Origin: a virus
Virus record (IMG/VR): IMGVR_UViG_3300047476_001057
Span: 1-64,000 of that record
Reading direction: 5' to 3' (one strand)
Length of the DNA: 64,000 bases
In this document: positions 44,176 through 56,360 of the stretch, in pieces
Numbering within the stretch: position 1 is the first letter of the stretch
How the letters are laid out: each line of letters opens with the position of its first letter
The notes under the pieces: generated by a model
Told to the model about the DNA's origin: nothing
The model's database searches: none
The model's input: the letters and a program-made list of their open reading frames with translations, nothing else
Made by a program: the position numbers and the translations under genes

Positions 44176-46032
44176 ATGCCAGTTACACAAGTAAGAAGTA
44201 AACAGCAGTTCCTCGTCACGGACAACGTGTCATTTCAGGATCTGTATCGTCTCACGAACCTCGTTAACCCTACTAACGCTCAAGATGCAGCAACCAAAGC
44301 GTATGTAGACTCTGTTAAGCAAGCATTGGATATTAAGGACTCTGTAAGAGTTGCTACTACTGGTGCTGAATCTTACACTATTGCTACAGGTGCTGTTACA
44401 CAGATTACAGGTACTACTATTGATGGTGTTACTATTGCACTGAATGACCGTATTTTGATCAAGAATGCTCCAGCTGCTACTGGAGCTGGTGCAGGTGCAG
44501 GATCAGCTAACACTTCAAACCCTGCCAACGGTATTTACGTTGTTACGACTGCAAGTCCTAACATTATTGTACAACGTGCTACAGATGCTGATGTTAGTAC
44601 AGAAGTAACTGCAGGATTGTTTGTGTTTGTTACTGAAGGTACTGCAAGTGCAGATAACGGTTATGTATTAACTACAAATGATGCTATCATCTTAAATACA
44701 ACTGGTCTTACTTTCACTCAGTTTTCTGGTGCAGGTCAAATTACAGCAGGTGCTGGTTTGACAAAGACTGGTAATACTATTGATGTAGTAGGTACTGCAG
44801 GTAGAATTATAGCAAATGCAGATTCTATTGATCTTGCTACAGTTGGTACAGCAGGTACTTACACTAAAGTTACCACTGACGCTTATGGTCGTGTGAGTAG
44901 TGCTACTCAGGCTACAACTTCAGATATTGCTGAAGGTACTAACCTGTATTTTACAAATGCTCGTGCTCAAGCTGCAATTACTGGTGGTGCTTCTTCTATT
45001 GTTACAGCTAACTTAACTGCAAGCCGTGCTTTAGTTTCTGATACAAACGGTAAGGTTGCTGTTTCAACTGTTACTGACACAGAACTTGGATTTGTTGGTG
45101 GTGTTACTTCTTCTATCCAAACTCAGTTAAATAACAAGCAACCGCTTGATGCTGACTTGACAGCTATTGCTGGACTTGCAGGTACAACTGGTTTACTTCG
45201 TAAAAATGCTGCAGACAGCTGGTCTTTAGATACTAATACGTATTTGACTGCTGCCAGTGGTGTAACTACATTCTCTGGTGGTAGTACAGGTCTTACACCA
45301 GCTTCTGCTACAAGTGGTGCTATCACTCTTGCTGGTACTTTAGCTCTTGCTAATGGTGGTACCGGTGCAACTACTGCTGCAGCTGCTAGGACAAACCTCG
45401 GTGCAACAACAGTAGGTGCTAACTTATTTACACTTACAAACCCTTCAGCAATTACGTTTTTAAGAGTAAATGCTGATAACACTGTATCTACTCTTAACGC
45501 TGCTGATTTTCGTACTGCAATTGGTGCAGGTACTGGTAACGGTACTGTAACCTCTGTAGCAGTATCTGGTGGTACAACTGGTTTGACTACTTCTGGTGGC
45601 CCGATCACGGGTGCAGGTACAATTACCCTTGCCGGTACTTTGGTTGTAGGAAATGGTGGTACTGGTCTTGCTACTACACCTGGTAACGGTCAGTTGTTGA
45701 TCGGTAACGGTAGTGGATATGCTTTAGCTAATATTACTGCAGGTGCTGGTATTACAGTGACTAACGGTGCAGGTACTATATCAATTGCAACAACCGCATT
45801 AGCAGCTACAAACTTTGTAACTCGTGAGGTACCTACAGGAGCTGTAAATGGAACTAACCCAACATTTACGCTTGCTAATACACCAACTCTTGGAACTGAA
45901 GAAATTTATGTAAACGGTATTCTTCAGAATGGTGGTAGTAATGACTATGCTATTTCTGGTGCAACTATTACATTCCAAACAGGAGCTATTCCTCAGAACG
46001 GTGATGTTGTTCTTGTTACTTATAGAAAATAA
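44176..46032 (+). CDS. tail fibre protein
   Basis: KDSVRVATT...NGIYVV...RATDAD domain, Gly/Thr/Ala-rich shaft. Confidence 0.75.
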   Translation: MPVTQVRSKQQFLVTDNVSFQDLYRLTNLVNPTNAQDAATKAYVDSVKQALDIKDSVRVATTGAESYTIATGAVTQITGTTIDGVTIALNDRILIKNAPAATGAGAGAGSANTSNPANGIYVVTTASPNIIVQRATDADVSTEVTAGLFVFVTEGTASADNGYVLTTNDAIILNTTGLTFTQFSGAGQITAGAGLTKTGNTIDVVGTAGRIIANADSIDLATVGTAGTYTKVTTDAYGRVSSATQATTSDIAEGTNLYFTNARAQAAITGGASSIVTANLTASRALVSDTNGKVAVSTVTDTELGFVGGVTSSIQTQLNNKQPLDADLTAIAGLAGTTGLLRKNAADSWSLDTNTYLTAASGVTTFSGGSTGLTPASATSGAITLAGTLALANGGTGATTAAAARTNLGATTVGANLFTLTNPSAITFLRVNADNTVSTLNAADFRTAIGAGTGNGTVTSVAVSGGTTGLTTSGGPITGAGTITLAGTLVVGNGGTGLATTPGNGQLLIGNGSGYALANITAGAGITVTNGAGTISIATTALAATNFVTREVPTGAVNGTNPTFTLANTPTLGTEEIYVNGILQNGGSNDYAISGATITFQTGAIPQNGDVVLVTYRK

Positions 46033-46045
46033 TTTGTAATTACTC

Positions 46046-49000
46046 ATGGCAGTAACTAACGTAAGAGGTCGACAGTTAAAAGATGATGACGTATTAAGGC
46101 AAGACCTGAACACTACGGTGTCCGGGTCTGCCGTAATACGCAGAGTTTTTGCTGGTGTTAATGCAGGAATAAGTTTAGCATCAACAGGTGTAGATAGTGG
46201 TACTGGTGATGTGACTATTTCTTTATCTACTTCTGGTGTTAACGCAGGAACATATGGTAGTTCAACTATTGTTCCTATTATTACAGTTGATACTTTTGGT
46301 AGAATTACAAGTATAGGTACTGCAGCAGTTAGTGGTGGAGGTGGAACTGGAGGAAGCTCCGTTCGTTGTGAGCAAAGTTTAACTGCAACAGCTGGTCAAA
46401 CTGTTTTTAGTGGATTAACTTGTACTCTTACTTCTGGTTATTTTGATGTATTTATTAATGGTGTAAAAGTAAACTCATCTAGTTTTACAAATACTACAAG
46501 CAGTATTACATTTGTTGATGGTCTTGCTGCTGGTGATATTGTTGATATAGTTAACTACGGTATATTTTCTACATCTGTAACTACTGCTAATGGTTTTACA
46601 GGTACGGTTGCTAATGCAACAACAACTCCAGAAATTACACTATCTACTTCTGTTGCCGGTATATTAAAAGGTTCTGGAGGAGCTTTAGTGGCAGCAGTTG
46701 CAGGTACAGATTATGCTGCAGCTGTTCACACTCATGTTATTAGTCAAGTGACAGATGCTGCAAGGTGGTGGAATAACTTTGGTGACAATCATGCTACCAG
46801 AACGCAGTTTGATCCAACTACTGCATCTTATGGTTTTGGTTGGAGATTTGTACAAGGTAATACTAACGGACCTGGTACAGGTGGAAGTCAGTTCTATTCT
46901 TTATATGTAGGTCTTGGTAATGACTATCCTGCTACTGGAGCTGGCTCATACGGTATGTATCTTGCCATAGATAGAAACGTAGCTGTTCCTTATTTGTCAA
47001 TTAGGTATAATGAAGCTAACGTACTTTCTAGCTGGAGAAAAATTGCTGCAGGAAGAGCAGACTTTTGGTCAACTGCCCGCACGTTTACAATTGGCAACAC
47101 TGGTAAATCTGTAGATGGTAGCAGTAACGTTTCCTGGACACTTGCAGAAATAGGAGCCCAGGCTGCTTTAGGTTTTACACCTGAAAACAGTGCTAACAAA
47201 GGAGCTGTAAACGGTTATGCTTCTTTGGATGCTGCTGGTAAAGTTCCATCTACTCAGCTTCCTTCTTATGTAGATGACGTATTAGAATTTGCTAACCTAG
47301 CAGGGTTTCCTGCAACAGGTGAGACCGGAAAGATTTATGTTGCAATTGATACTAATAAAAGCTATCGTTGGACTGGTTCTGTTTATGTAGAAATACAAGC
47401 TTCTCCAGGAACTACTGATTCTATAGTAGAGGGTTCTACTAATTTATACTTTACAAACAGCAGAGCAAGAGCTGCTATTAGCATGACTAATAGTGGCACA
47501 TTTGGAGGAGCTACCTACAACAGTGCTACAGGTGTTATTAATGTACCAAACTATACAATTGCTGGATTGGGTGGTCAGCCCTTAGCTACTAATCTAACTT
47601 CTTTAGCAGGATTAACTTTTGCATCTACATCTTTTGTAAAGATGACTGCAGCTGGTACGTTTGCTTTAGACACTAACACATATGCCCTAACAAACCAGAC
47701 TATGTTTATTGGTACCACTTCGGTTACCATAAACAGAGCTTCTGCTGCTTTATCTCTGACAGGTGTTTCTATAGATGGAAACGCAGGTACAGTTACAAAC
47801 GGTTTATATACAACCGGTGATCAGACAATCACTGGTCAGAAGACATTCCCAAGTGCTATTGCAAATCGTCCTATAGTTCCTGGTGGTATTATAGCACTTG
47901 CAACAGGAGATGCAGACGCTGATATCTGGGGTATATCTGAACAATACTATCCTTCTAACCCTACTACGGCTGATGCATGGGGCATGAGATGGAACGCTCT
48001 TAATAATGAAATACAGTTTGTAGGTGGTGGTACTAACAGAGTTATTGTTGATCTTGATCAAGGTGATCTTACTGCTGCTTCATTTATACGCTCAGGTGGA
48101 ACAGCTTCTCAGTTTCTCAAAGCTAATGGAACTGTAGATTCTAATACTTACTTAACAGGTAATCAATCTATCACTTTAAGTGGAGATGCTACAGGATCTG
48201 GTACCACATCAATAGCGGTTACGTTAGCCAATTCTGGAGTTACTGCCGGTACGTATAATAATGTTACGGTTAACGCTAAGGGTCTGGTTACCGCTGGATC
48301 AAACGTATCTTATCTAACTTCTTATACAGACACACTTTCTTCTGTTACAGGTAGAGGTAACACTACTGCCACTCGTATTGGTGTTGCCACCGGAGCTGCG
48401 TTAGACTTTGTAGCTGCTGGAAATACAGGTACTTGGATTGGCGGCATTACAGACTCTACAACAGGTTGGACTATAAGTACAAATGGTATAGGTTTTAAAT
48501 CTGATAACACTACTTATGCTGCTATTGCCATAGCATCAGCTAATGGTCTTTTATACTTTGCAAGAACAGCACAAGCTGCCGGAACCATGAACTCATGGTT
48601 GGAGGTTAATAATGCTGGTGTGGCAAACTTCAAACTTGCCAGACCTCAGCACAACGGTAACAACCTTGCACTATTTAGTGAGATACCTACTAACCTAAAC
48701 CAGCTTACCAATGGTCCTGGTTACACTAGTAACACTGGTACAGTAACTTCTGTAGCTATGACTGTACCAACGGGTTTAACTGTTTCTGGTACACCAATTA
48801 CTACATCTGGTACATTTGCCCTTACTTTTACTGCAGGTTATTCTATTCCAACAACTACATCTCAGACTAACTGGGATACAGCATATACACACAGTCAGGC
48901 TACCACTGGTTCTGTACATGGTAGCACAACAGTAGGTGGCAACCTCTTAAGGTTGGCTAATCCATCAGCAGTAACATTCTTACGTATAAATGCGGATAAT

Positions 49001-49939
49001 ACCGTATCAACCCTGGATGCTGCTACATTCCGTACAGCAATTGGAGCAGGTACAAGCAGTACAACAGGTACAGTTACGTCTGTATCTGGTACAGGTACTG
49101 TGTCAGGATTAACATTATCTGGTACAGTGACCTCTTCTGGTTCCTTAACCTTGGGTGGTACACTTGCCGTTACTGCTTCTAACTTTAGTTCTCAGACAGC
49201 TAACACATTCCTTGCTGCACCAAACGGATCTGCTGGTGTTCCAACATTCAGAACTATAGTAGCTGCTGATATTCCAACACTCAATCAGAACACGACTGGT
49301 TCCGCTGGTAGTGTTGCTAACTCATTTATTGTACGTGCTGATTCAGGTACTATAGAAGGTACCGACATTTATACGTTCAATGGTTCTGCTGGTAAGAACC
49401 TGAATATTGTAGCGGGTACTAACGTAACTATTACCAAAGTTGCAGGTCAATGGACTATTGCAGCAACTGGTGGTGGTGCTGGTGTAACTGATGGAGACAA
49501 AGGAGATATCACTGTAAGTGCATCCGGTGCTACCTGGACTATTGATAACGGTGTAGTGACTGTTGCTAAACTTTCTGCAACCGGTACACCAAGCTCTACT
49601 ACGTTCCTTCGTGGTGACGGTACCTGGGCTACGCCGGCGTCCGGTGGCGGAGGTGGTTACACTGTTACTGCTCATCTTACTTCAAACTATACAGAAACTG
49701 CTACATCTGGAACTAAGATTATAAAGTGTGACACTACAAGTGCTGCGTTTACAGTTACACTTCCGACTGCTGTGGGTAACCAAGCAACACTTATTGTTAA
49801 GAAGTTAGCTGGTACTAATATTCTTACGGTAGACGCTGCAGGTTCTGAAACTATAGATGGTGGTTTGACTGCAGATTTGTATGAAACACAAGAATCTATC
49901 ACTTTAATATCTGATAACGCAAACTGGTTAATTATATAA
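46046..49939 (+). CDS. long tail fibre protein (1297 aa)
   Basis: GTYxxVTVxxxGR repeats, [12 protein letters not shown] and GETGKIYVA modules. Confidence 0.78.
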   Translation: MAVTNVRGRQLKDDDVLRQDLNTTVSGSAVIRRVFAGVNAGISLASTGVDSGTGDVTISLSTSGVNAGTYGSSTIVPIITVDTFGRITSIGTAAVSGGGGTGGSSVRCEQSLTATAGQTVFSGLTCTLTSGYFDVFINGVKVNSSSFTNTTSSITFVDGLAAGDIVDIVNYGIFSTSVTTANGFTGTVANATTTPEITLSTSVAGILKGSGGALVAAVAGTDYAAAVHTHVISQVTDAARWWNNFGDNHATRTQFDPTTASYGFGWRFVQGNTNGPGTGGSQFYSLYVGLGNDYPATGAGSYGMYLAIDRNVAVPYLSIRYNEANVLSSWRKIAAGRADFWSTARTFTIGNTGKSVDGSSNVSWTLAEIGAQAALGFTPENSANKGAVNGYASLDAAGKVPSTQLPSYVDDVLEFANLAGFPATGETGKIYVAIDTNKSYRWTGSVYVEIQASPGTTDSIVEGSTNLYFTNSRARAAISMTNSGTFGGATYNSATGVINVPNYTIAGLGGQPLATNLTSLAGLTFASTSFVKMTAAGTFALDTNTYALTNQTMFIGTTSVTINRASAALSLTGVSIDGNAGTVTNGLYTTGDQTITGQKTFPSAIANRPIVPGGIIALATGDADADIWGISEQYYPSNPTTADAWGMRWNALNNEIQFVGGGTNRVIVDLDQGDLTAASFIRSGGTASQFLKANGTVDSNTYLTGNQSITLSGDATGSGTTSIAVTLANSGVTAGTYNNVTVNAKGLVTAGSNVSYLTSYTDTLSSVTGRGNTTATRIGVATGAALDFVAAGNTGTWIGGITDSTTGWTISTNGIGFKSDNTTYAAIAIASANGLLYFARTAQAAGTMNSWLEVNNAGVANFKLARPQHNGNNLALFSEIPTNLNQLTNGPGYTSNTGTVTSVAMTVPTGLTVSGTPITTSGTFALTFTAGYSIPTTTSQTNWDTAYTHSQATTGSVHGSTTVGGNLLRLANPSAVTFLRINADNTVSTLDAATFRTAIGAGTSSTTGTVTSVSGTGTVSGLTLSGTVTSSGSLTLGGTLAVTASNFSSQTANTFLAAPNGSAGVPTFRTIVAADIPTLNQNTTGSAGSVANSFIVRADSGTIEGTDIYTFNGSAGKNLNIVAGTNVTITKVAGQWTIAATGGGAGVTDGDKGDITVSASGATWTIDNGVVTVAKLSATGTPSSTTFLRGDGTWATPASGGGGGYTVTAHLTSNYTETATSGTKIIKCDTTSAAFTVTLPTAVGNQATLIVKKLAGTNILTVDAAGSETIDGGLTADLYETQESITLISDNANWLII

Positions 49940-49942
49940 TTT

Positions 49943-50770
49943 ATGGCATATAATCCTAACATAAATGTTGGACCTCTTGATGGTACAGCAGCCAACAACA
50001 CTCTTGCTGAAGCAGTAACAGCCGTAGCTACAGGACCTGGTTATTCTCTAAGATATAATCCTGCAGACTTAGGTACAGCTACCAACTCAACATCTGTTGT
50101 TAACGTTGATGGTGCTAACTCAGTTACTGTTGCAATAAATACAAACACAACAGGAACTTTTATAATTGAAGGTACAGCAGATAATACTAACTGGCTGGTA
50201 CTTGAAGTTTTTGATAGTGCACTAGATATTTGGGTAAGTGGTATTAGTCATACACCAACAGCAGGTAAAGTGTATCAGGTTATTACACAGGGTTATCGTC
50301 AACTTCGATTGAGAACTGTGACGACACTAGGTGCAGGAATGAACCATTTTTTTACACTTACTAACTCTCAGTCTTTTATTGGTGGTATTGATACTGGTGC
50401 AGCTCCGCACAACTTTGGTTATGCTATTCTTTCAAGATCAGGTGAATACACTACTGCTCAGACTGGTGTGGCATTATGGACACCAGGAACAGGAAAAAAG
50501 TTTGTGGTTACTGACCTGACTATTTCTACTGGCGGTACCACTGCAGGTATTGTGACTGTATGGCAAGGAGCTTCAGCTGACACTGCTTATACGGCTGGTA
50601 CAGATCCTGTGTTGTTTAGAGGTGAGTTTGCTCCTTCTGCTACAGTTAGACCAGGTATGGTAAAAAGTTTAAAGAGTCCTTTTTGTTCTACAACCAATGA
50701 TCATATATTGCGTGTAACTACATCAGCAGCTATGACAGTATATATTCAAGTACAAGGATATGAAATCTAA
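49943..50770 (+). CDS. virion structural protein
   Basis: Beta-rich 275 aa inside the fibre cluster. Confidence 0.55.
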   Translation: MAYNPNINVGPLDGTAANNTLAEAVTAVATGPGYSLRYNPADLGTATNSTSVVNVDGANSVTVAINTNTTGTFIIEGTADNTNWLVLEVFDSALDIWVSGISHTPTAGKVYQVITQGYRQLRLRTVTTLGAGMNHFFTLTNSQSFIGGIDTGAAPHNFGYAILSRSGEYTTAQTGVALWTPGTGKKFVVTDLTISTGGTTAGIVTVWQGASADTAYTAGTDPVLFRGEFAPSATVRPGMVKSLKSPFCSTTNDHILRVTTSAAMTVYIQVQGYEI

Positions 50771-50773
50771 TCT

Positions 50774-50971
50774 ATGGAAAAGATAATAGAACTATTTAAT
50801 AAGACAGCAGACGGTAATGGTAACGTCAACTTGATTGCAGAATGCAACGGGTATGTAGATGGTGTATTGAAGATGCAGTTTTCACGTAGTCCGTTTACTT
50901 ATCCGGATACCATGACTGATCAGCAAATTATTGATGACTTAAGATATGGTGTTTACGCAATCTACTTTTAA
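50774..50971 (+). CDS. small hypothetical protein
   Basis: 65 aa in a tight operon. Confidence 0.55.
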   Translation: MEKIIELFNKTADGNGNVNLIAECNGYVDGVLKMQFSRSPFTYPDTMTDQQIIDDLRYGVYAIYF

Positions 50972-50973
50972 GT

Positions 50974-51726
50974 ATGGCAATTAGTATACGTGCAACAGGA
51001 ACATATGTAAGTACTGGAAACAACAATACGCTTACACCAGCTATACCTGCAGGTACAACTGCAGGAGATATGATGCTTTGTTTTGTAGCAGGTAAAGAAT
51101 ATAACTCTGTGCAAACTATGAACCAAAACTGGGTTACTTTAGGTTTTGCAACAGATGGTACTGTAGCATCAGATACAGACCTGGGTTCTATAAGGGTGAC
51201 AGCTTTTTACAAAATACACACAGGAGCAGAAACCAACCCTACTGTTACAGGTACCGCTAACGAAGCGGTAGGTGCTGTAATAATAGTTTTTCAAAAAGCA
51301 GCTGGTGTATTTTGGGGTGTTCCTGTTGGAGCAGGTGGTGGTGATAATACAGCCGGTACTGGTTTTAGTGTAACGGCATCTAGCAACTTTGGCATCACTA
51401 CTAATGATATGGTAGTAGGTTATGCAGGTATACGTTCAGATGCAGGTACACAGTCTGCTATATCTATCACAGCAACTGGTGTCACTATGGGTACATTTAC
51501 TGAGTCACCTACAAATGATTTGGTTAATACAAACCGTGACCAGATGGCAATGAGTGGTGGTTACAGACTTGCAACTGCAGGTACATCAACAGCAGCTCCT
51601 GTCTATGCGTCAACATTAGCAGCATCTCATACTGGATCTGCTTTTATGGTTAGACTTAGAGAGGTTAACTCTGATCCATGGGGAAACAATAATCCTTTTG
51701 GAACTATGGGATTTTTTGGAACATAA
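50974..51726 (+). CDS. virion structural/adhesin-like protein
   Basis: Thr/Gly/Ala-rich beta protein, PAGTTAGDMML motif. Confidence 0.55.
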   Translation: MAISIRATGTYVSTGNNNTLTPAIPAGTTAGDMMLCFVAGKEYNSVQTMNQNWVTLGFATDGTVASDTDLGSIRVTAFYKIHTGAETNPTVTGTANEAVGAVIIVFQKAAGVFWGVPVGAGGGDNTAGTGFSVTASSNFGITTNDMVVGYAGIRSDAGTQSAISITATGVTMGTFTESPTNDLVNTNRDQMAMSGGYRLATAGTSTAAPVYASTLAASHTGSAFMVRLREVNSDPWGNNNPFGTMGFFGT

Positions 51727-51747
51727 AAACAATAAAGAGCTACAGAT

Positions 51748-54700
51748 ATGGCAATGAACAAACAAAGACGGACCAGTAATATACTGAACATAGTATCCTA
51801 TGATACTAGTGGTAATGTTACATTACCTGCAGGTTTGACTGTGTCAGGATTGGCGTCAGCTGGTTTTGTGAAGACAAACGCATCTGGTGTTATGTCTATA
51901 GATACTAATGTCTATCTAACTACTGCCGCTGATTGGTTTGGAGCCGTAACTACTGGTGGTACTCTTGACTTTAATCATGTTACTAATACAAGACCTGGTA
52001 CAGGATATACACTTTTGCTTGGTAGTGCTACCAATGGTCCAGGTAATGGTGGTATTTATTATCACACTTTAAACTTTGAGTATTCTTCTAAGAATGGTAC
52101 CGGTAATATATCTCAGTTTGCTATAGCATATGGATCTCCTGGTAACGACCTTAAAATGAGAGGTCGTTATGATAGTGTTTGGACCTCTTGGGTGACTTTT
52201 TTAAACAGTGGTAACTATAATTCTTACTCTCCAACACTTACTGGTGGAGGTGCGTCTGGAACCTGGGGAATTAATATTACAGGTAGTGCAGGCTCTGCTG
52301 CTGTTCTTAATGGGTCAGGTCAAGGAATAACTTATCAAGCTGGTGATGGTAGTCTTGTATATAGTTATGCTCATCTTACTACTGCAGCGGGAATATTTGC
52401 TACTAGTGATAATGCAAATGGTATTTTAACTGTTAGCAGGCATCCTGGTAATTATTATAGTCAGTTTGGCTTTAGTTCTAACGGAAATCTTTATTACAGA
52501 AACTTTGTAAACACTGCTATCAATACCAGCCAAGCTTGGAAGACTATACTAGATAGTGGAAACTCTCCGTTTGCTGCAAACATGAATCAGAATGTAAGAA
52601 CATCTGATAGTGTTACATTCCAGAATATTTCAGTACAAGGTATTTCTCAAAATGATATAGTAGGTAGACCATATGCTACTTGGGGAGCTACTAGTGCAAC
52701 AGGACCTGTTGTTATTAAGTTTCCAGGTACTAGTGCAAACTACGGAATGATCCATGCTGTCATTGACATCTACGAGTATACCTCAAATAATGTATGTACT
52801 ATTATAGTGGGAGGTCACAACTGGTCTTCTTACTGGGTTAACTATGGAGCACAAGTTTTAGGTTTTACTGATAAACCTGTAAGAGTAGCATTTAAAGATG
52901 GACAGTATTGCATAGTAATTGGTAACTCAACTTCATCATGGTCATATGGTCAAGTTATTTTACGCAAAATAAGCAATGGTCCATTCTATCAAGGCTCGAT
53001 GAACGTTAGTATAGGCTATACAGCAGCTATTGAAGCTGATAGTTACACCTGGGTATCTGAAGATCTGAGAGGGTTGAGAGTACCAAATATTATATCTGTA
53101 AATGGAAATACAGTACTTCATTCAGCTAACTACAATTCTTATGCTCCAAGCTTAACCGGATCAGGAGCTTCAGGAACATGGGGCATCAGTATTTCTGGTA
53201 ATGCTGCTACAGCAACATCAGCTACAAGTGCTACAATTTTAAACAGTAGTCACTATATTCAAAGAACTGGTACATCTGGTAACTATAATACAGATTTTAG
53301 TAACACACCAGTTGGTACGTACAGATTTCTTGGTGATGCTAACGGTGTTACAAATAATCCAGGGGGTACTTGGTGGTTTGTTGAAAACTTTAGGCACATT
53401 AATCCTGACAACTCATGGGGAACTCAAGTTGCTTGGGGTTGGGAAGATAATGCTAATAGGCTAGCTACCAGAAATGTTCAAGCAGGTGCTTTTGGTTCTT
53501 GGGTATATTATCTTAACTCATCTAACTATAACTCATATGCTCCTACATTAACTGGTGGTGGAGCAAGCGGTACGTGGGGTATTAGTATTTCTGGCACTGC
53601 TGCTAATGCTAACACTCTTGATAGTATAGATTCAACTGGTTTTGGAAGAGCTTTTAGTTCTAGCTATAGTTTTCACGGGACAAATGCTTCTATTGATACT
53701 GCTACTTTTATTAATATATTAAATAGTCAAGGAGCATTTAACCAACCGTATTGGGTAGCCCGTGGCAGCTGGTGTTATGCTTGTAACGGTTTTATCAATG
53801 ATACAGGTGTAGGTGCTATTCATCTAGCAGGATGTACTGTAGAGGTTATAGGTGATGCAACTAACTTTACCATACGTGTTCATACACCGACTACATCTAG
53901 TAGTGGACTTCCTAACAGAGAATTTGTGTATGTTCAAAACAGCACAGGGTACAGCCCTGGTTGGAGAGTGTTGTTTAATAATGTAAACTACACAGACTAT
54001 ACTGTTACAAAAACTGGTGGCGGTGCATCCGGTACTTGGGGTATAAATATAACAGGTACTGCAGGATCAGAAACATTAGCTACTGTAATGAGCAGAGGTG
54101 CTAGCTCAGGTACATACATGACATTGTCTGGAGGAGGTATTTTTTACGCAGGTCAATATTATTTTAGAAGTAATGTAGGAAGTACAGTTTATTTAGGAGC
54201 ATCAACTACTACTTCTCCACCCCTTCAAGTATATTCAGATGATGGTGGTCCTGCGTTTATGTCATTTCATAGGGCAGGAGTTTACGCTGTCAATATGGGT
54301 CTTGATCCAGATAGCGTGTTTAGAATTGGAGGTTGGTCTGCAGGAGCTGACAGACTTGTACTAGATATGTCTGGTAACTTGTCAGTGCCTGGTCTTATGT
54401 CAAATGCACAGAGTTATACTGGAGGATGGTTCAGAAATAATACAGCTAACACAGGTCTTTATAACGAGAACACCACAATGCATTTCTCTTCTAAAGATAA
54501 CGGTTACTGGGACGTTTCTTCTACAATGTCTGTATCATCTATCAGGTTTTTTACAGGTGGGCATGTGTATGCTGGAACACTTAGAGGATATGTATATGCT
54601 ACTAATAATAATGAGATTGGATTTTTAGATCAAAGCGGTAACTGGATTTTTAGATGCCTTACTGGGAATAGTTATTTAACTGGAACATTTACAGCAACTG

Positions 54701-55014
54701 GTGACGTAATAGCTTACTCAGATGCTCGTATTAAAACCAATGTTCAGACTATAGATAATGCTCTTGAAAAAGTTATCAGCATGCGTGGCGTTACATACAA
54801 CAGAACTGATATAGAAGATAAGTCTGAAAAAGTAGGTGTAATAGCTCAAGAGATCGAACAGGTACTTCCACAAGTGGTAACTAAGGATGATACCGGTATA
54901 CTAGGTGTTTCTTATGGTAATATTACAGCTGTATTGATTGAAGCTATAAAAGAACAACAGCTTAAGATAGAAGCATTAGAAAACCAGATAAGATTTATAG
55001 TAGAAAACAAGTAA
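51748..55014 (+). CDS. tail fibre with C-terminal peptidase S74 intramolecular chaperone
   Basis: SDARIKTNV...GVIAQEIEQVLPQVV...VSYGNITAVLIEAIKE plus coiled coil. Confidence 0.88.
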   Translation: MAMNKQRRTSNILNIVSYDTSGNVTLPAGLTVSGLASAGFVKTNASGVMSIDTNVYLTTAADWFGAVTTGGTLDFNHVTNTRPGTGYTLLLGSATNGPGNGGIYYHTLNFEYSSKNGTGNISQFAIAYGSPGNDLKMRGRYDSVWTSWVTFLNSGNYNSYSPTLTGGGASGTWGINITGSAGSAAVLNGSGQGITYQAGDGSLVYSYAHLTTAAGIFATSDNANGILTVSRHPGNYYSQFGFSSNGNLYYRNFVNTAINTSQAWKTILDSGNSPFAANMNQNVRTSDSVTFQNISVQGISQNDIVGRPYATWGATSATGPVVIKFPGTSANYGMIHAVIDIYEYTSNNVCTIIVGGHNWSSYWVNYGAQVLGFTDKPVRVAFKDGQYCIVIGNSTSSWSYGQVILRKISNGPFYQGSMNVSIGYTAAIEADSYTWVSEDLRGLRVPNIISVNGNTVLHSANYNSYAPSLTGSGASGTWGISISGNAATATSATSATILNSSHYIQRTGTSGNYNTDFSNTPVGTYRFLGDANGVTNNPGGTWWFVENFRHINPDNSWGTQVAWGWEDNANRLATRNVQAGAFGSWVYYLNSSNYNSYAPTLTGGGASGTWGISISGTAANANTLDSIDSTGFGRAFSSSYSFHGTNASIDTATFINILNSQGAFNQPYWVARGSWCYACNGFINDTGVGAIHLAGCTVEVIGDATNFTIRVHTPTTSSSGLPNREFVYVQNSTGYSPGWRVLFNNVNYTDYTVTKTGGGASGTWGINITGTAGSETLATVMSRGASSGTYMTLSGGGIFYAGQYYFRSNVGSTVYLGASTTTSPPLQVYSDDGGPAFMSFHRAGVYAVNMGLDPDSVFRIGGWSAGADRLVLDMSGNLSVPGLMSNAQSYTGGWFRNNTANTGLYNENTTMHFSSKDNGYWDVSSTMSVSSIRFFTGGHVYAGTLRGYVYATNNNEIGFLDQSGNWIFRCLTGNSYLTGTFTATGDVIAYSDARIKTNVQTIDNALEKVISMRGVTYNRTDIEDKSEKVGVIAQEIEQVLPQVVTKDDTGILGVSYGNITAVLIEAIKEQQLKIEALENQIRFIVENK

Positions 55015-55016
55015 GT

Positions 55017-55538
55017 ATGGCATTACAAAGTTCAGGACCTATCAGTTTGTCCCAGATCAATACAGAGTTGGGTAGATCTTCTACTGCAGCTATTACATTG
55101 AACACTGCTGAAGATGGTGGGTATGTTGCTATTAACAGCTGTTCTACAAACAAACCTTCTGCTACTAACCCGGCAGCCATGAGTGAGTGGTATGGATATA
55201 ATCATACTGCATCTTGTGGTATATCTTGTAGCTCAACTCCTTTTACTATTGACCCACCAGCATGTGGTGTTTTTGAATCTCAACAGGTAAATATTGGTTC
55301 TGCTACTGGAACAGTAACTATTAATTATACGTATTCATTAGCATCTGGTTTTGGATATCATGAAGGATATGTATCTGTTTTTTATGGTCCCGTAGATGAA
55401 GGAAACATAGTTGCCAACACTCCTGTTTTAGTTGTGCAGTCAGGTGGGACTACAACTATAAGCGGTACACTTAGTTTTACTGCCAATGGTTCTTACCCGT
55501 ATTACATTGTCAGATATACTGATTTTTACTGTTATTAA
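55017..55538 (+). CDS. fibre tip/adhesin-like protein
   Basis: MALQSSGPISLSQINTELG N-terminus typical of genes after fibre genes. Confidence 0.6.
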   Translation: MALQSSGPISLSQINTELGRSSTAAITLNTAEDGGYVAINSCSTNKPSATNPAAMSEWYGYNHTASCGISCSSTPFTIDPPACGVFESQQVNIGSATGTVTINYTYSLASGFGYHEGYVSVFYGPVDEGNIVANTPVLVVQSGGTTTISGTLSFTANGSYPYYIVRYTDFYCY

Positions 55539-55549
55539 AACCTACACTT

Positions 55550-55888
55550 ATGCCAGGAATACTTTCTCTTACACTTGCTTGTCCCGTATTAAACACTGTT
55601 TATCTTTCAGGAGATGTTATAGGAACTAACTTAGAACAGATAAGATTCAGATCAAGAATAAACTCTTGTAGTGGTACTATTACTAACACAGGATGTCAGA
55701 TTGATATTAGTTATAATTGGACAGACCAGAGTTTTAACAGCGGAACCGCTACAGCTACGATTGCTGCAGGAGCCAGTCAAACCATTGTTACTCCATCAGG
55801 AGAACCTATTAGTAGTTTTAGTTTTAATAGTATTGCTTTTAACGGAGGCAGTTGTACAGGATATAGTAGTAGTATAAACGCTTGTTAA
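55550..55888 (+). CDS. Cys-containing beta protein
   Basis: 112 aa in the fibre operon. Confidence 0.5.
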   Translation: MPGILSLTLACPVLNTVYLSGDVIGTNLEQIRFRSRINSCSGTITNTGCQIDISYNWTDQSFNSGTATATIAAGASQTIVTPSGEPISSFSFNSIAFNGGSCTGYSSSINAC

Positions 55889-55920
55889 ATATTTTTAATT
55901 TTTAACCTTTATAAATCTTT

Positions 55921-56289
55921 ATGAAAACTTGGATTATTTTTAGCATGGACACTGCTCCCCAGGAAGGAGCTCTTTTAGACGTTGTAAAAAAAGTTTACTG
56001 GATTCGTCAAGGATCTCTAGTAGATCAAAACGGTAATACTTTTTACGGAGACTGTCATGGTTCAACAGTGTGTCCTTCCCCTAGTGAAACTGACTTTACT
56101 GCTTACGCTGATCTTACTGAAGCAACTGTTAAAGGCTGGCTTGATCAGCTGGTTGACGTTGAAGCTGTAGATGGGGTTATTGATGATAAAATTCACAAGG
56201 CTCAGTTTCCTGATATTGTACAGCTGCCTTTACCATGGCAACCTGAACCTGTTTTACCGGTACCACCTGCACCAGAACAGGGTGAATAA
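55921..56289 (+). CDS. fibre assembly-like protein
   Basis: FTAYADLTEATVKGWL...LPW pattern. Confidence 0.55.
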   Translation: MKTWIIFSMDTAPQEGALLDVVKKVYWIRQGSLVDQNGNTFYGDCHGSTVCPSPSETDFTAYADLTEATVKGWLDQLVDVEAVDGVIDDKIHKAQFPDIVQLPLPWQPEPVLPVPPAPEQGE

Positions 56290-56360
56290 GATGTGTATAT
56301 TTTTGTAAAGATCTACAATATAGATAGAATATATTTGTAGAAGTTTAAACTAATATACCC

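Noticed and set aside
46046-55014. Diversity-generating retroelement acting on fibre genes
   Set aside because: No reverse transcriptase and no near-identical template/variable repeat pair differing at adenines in this window.
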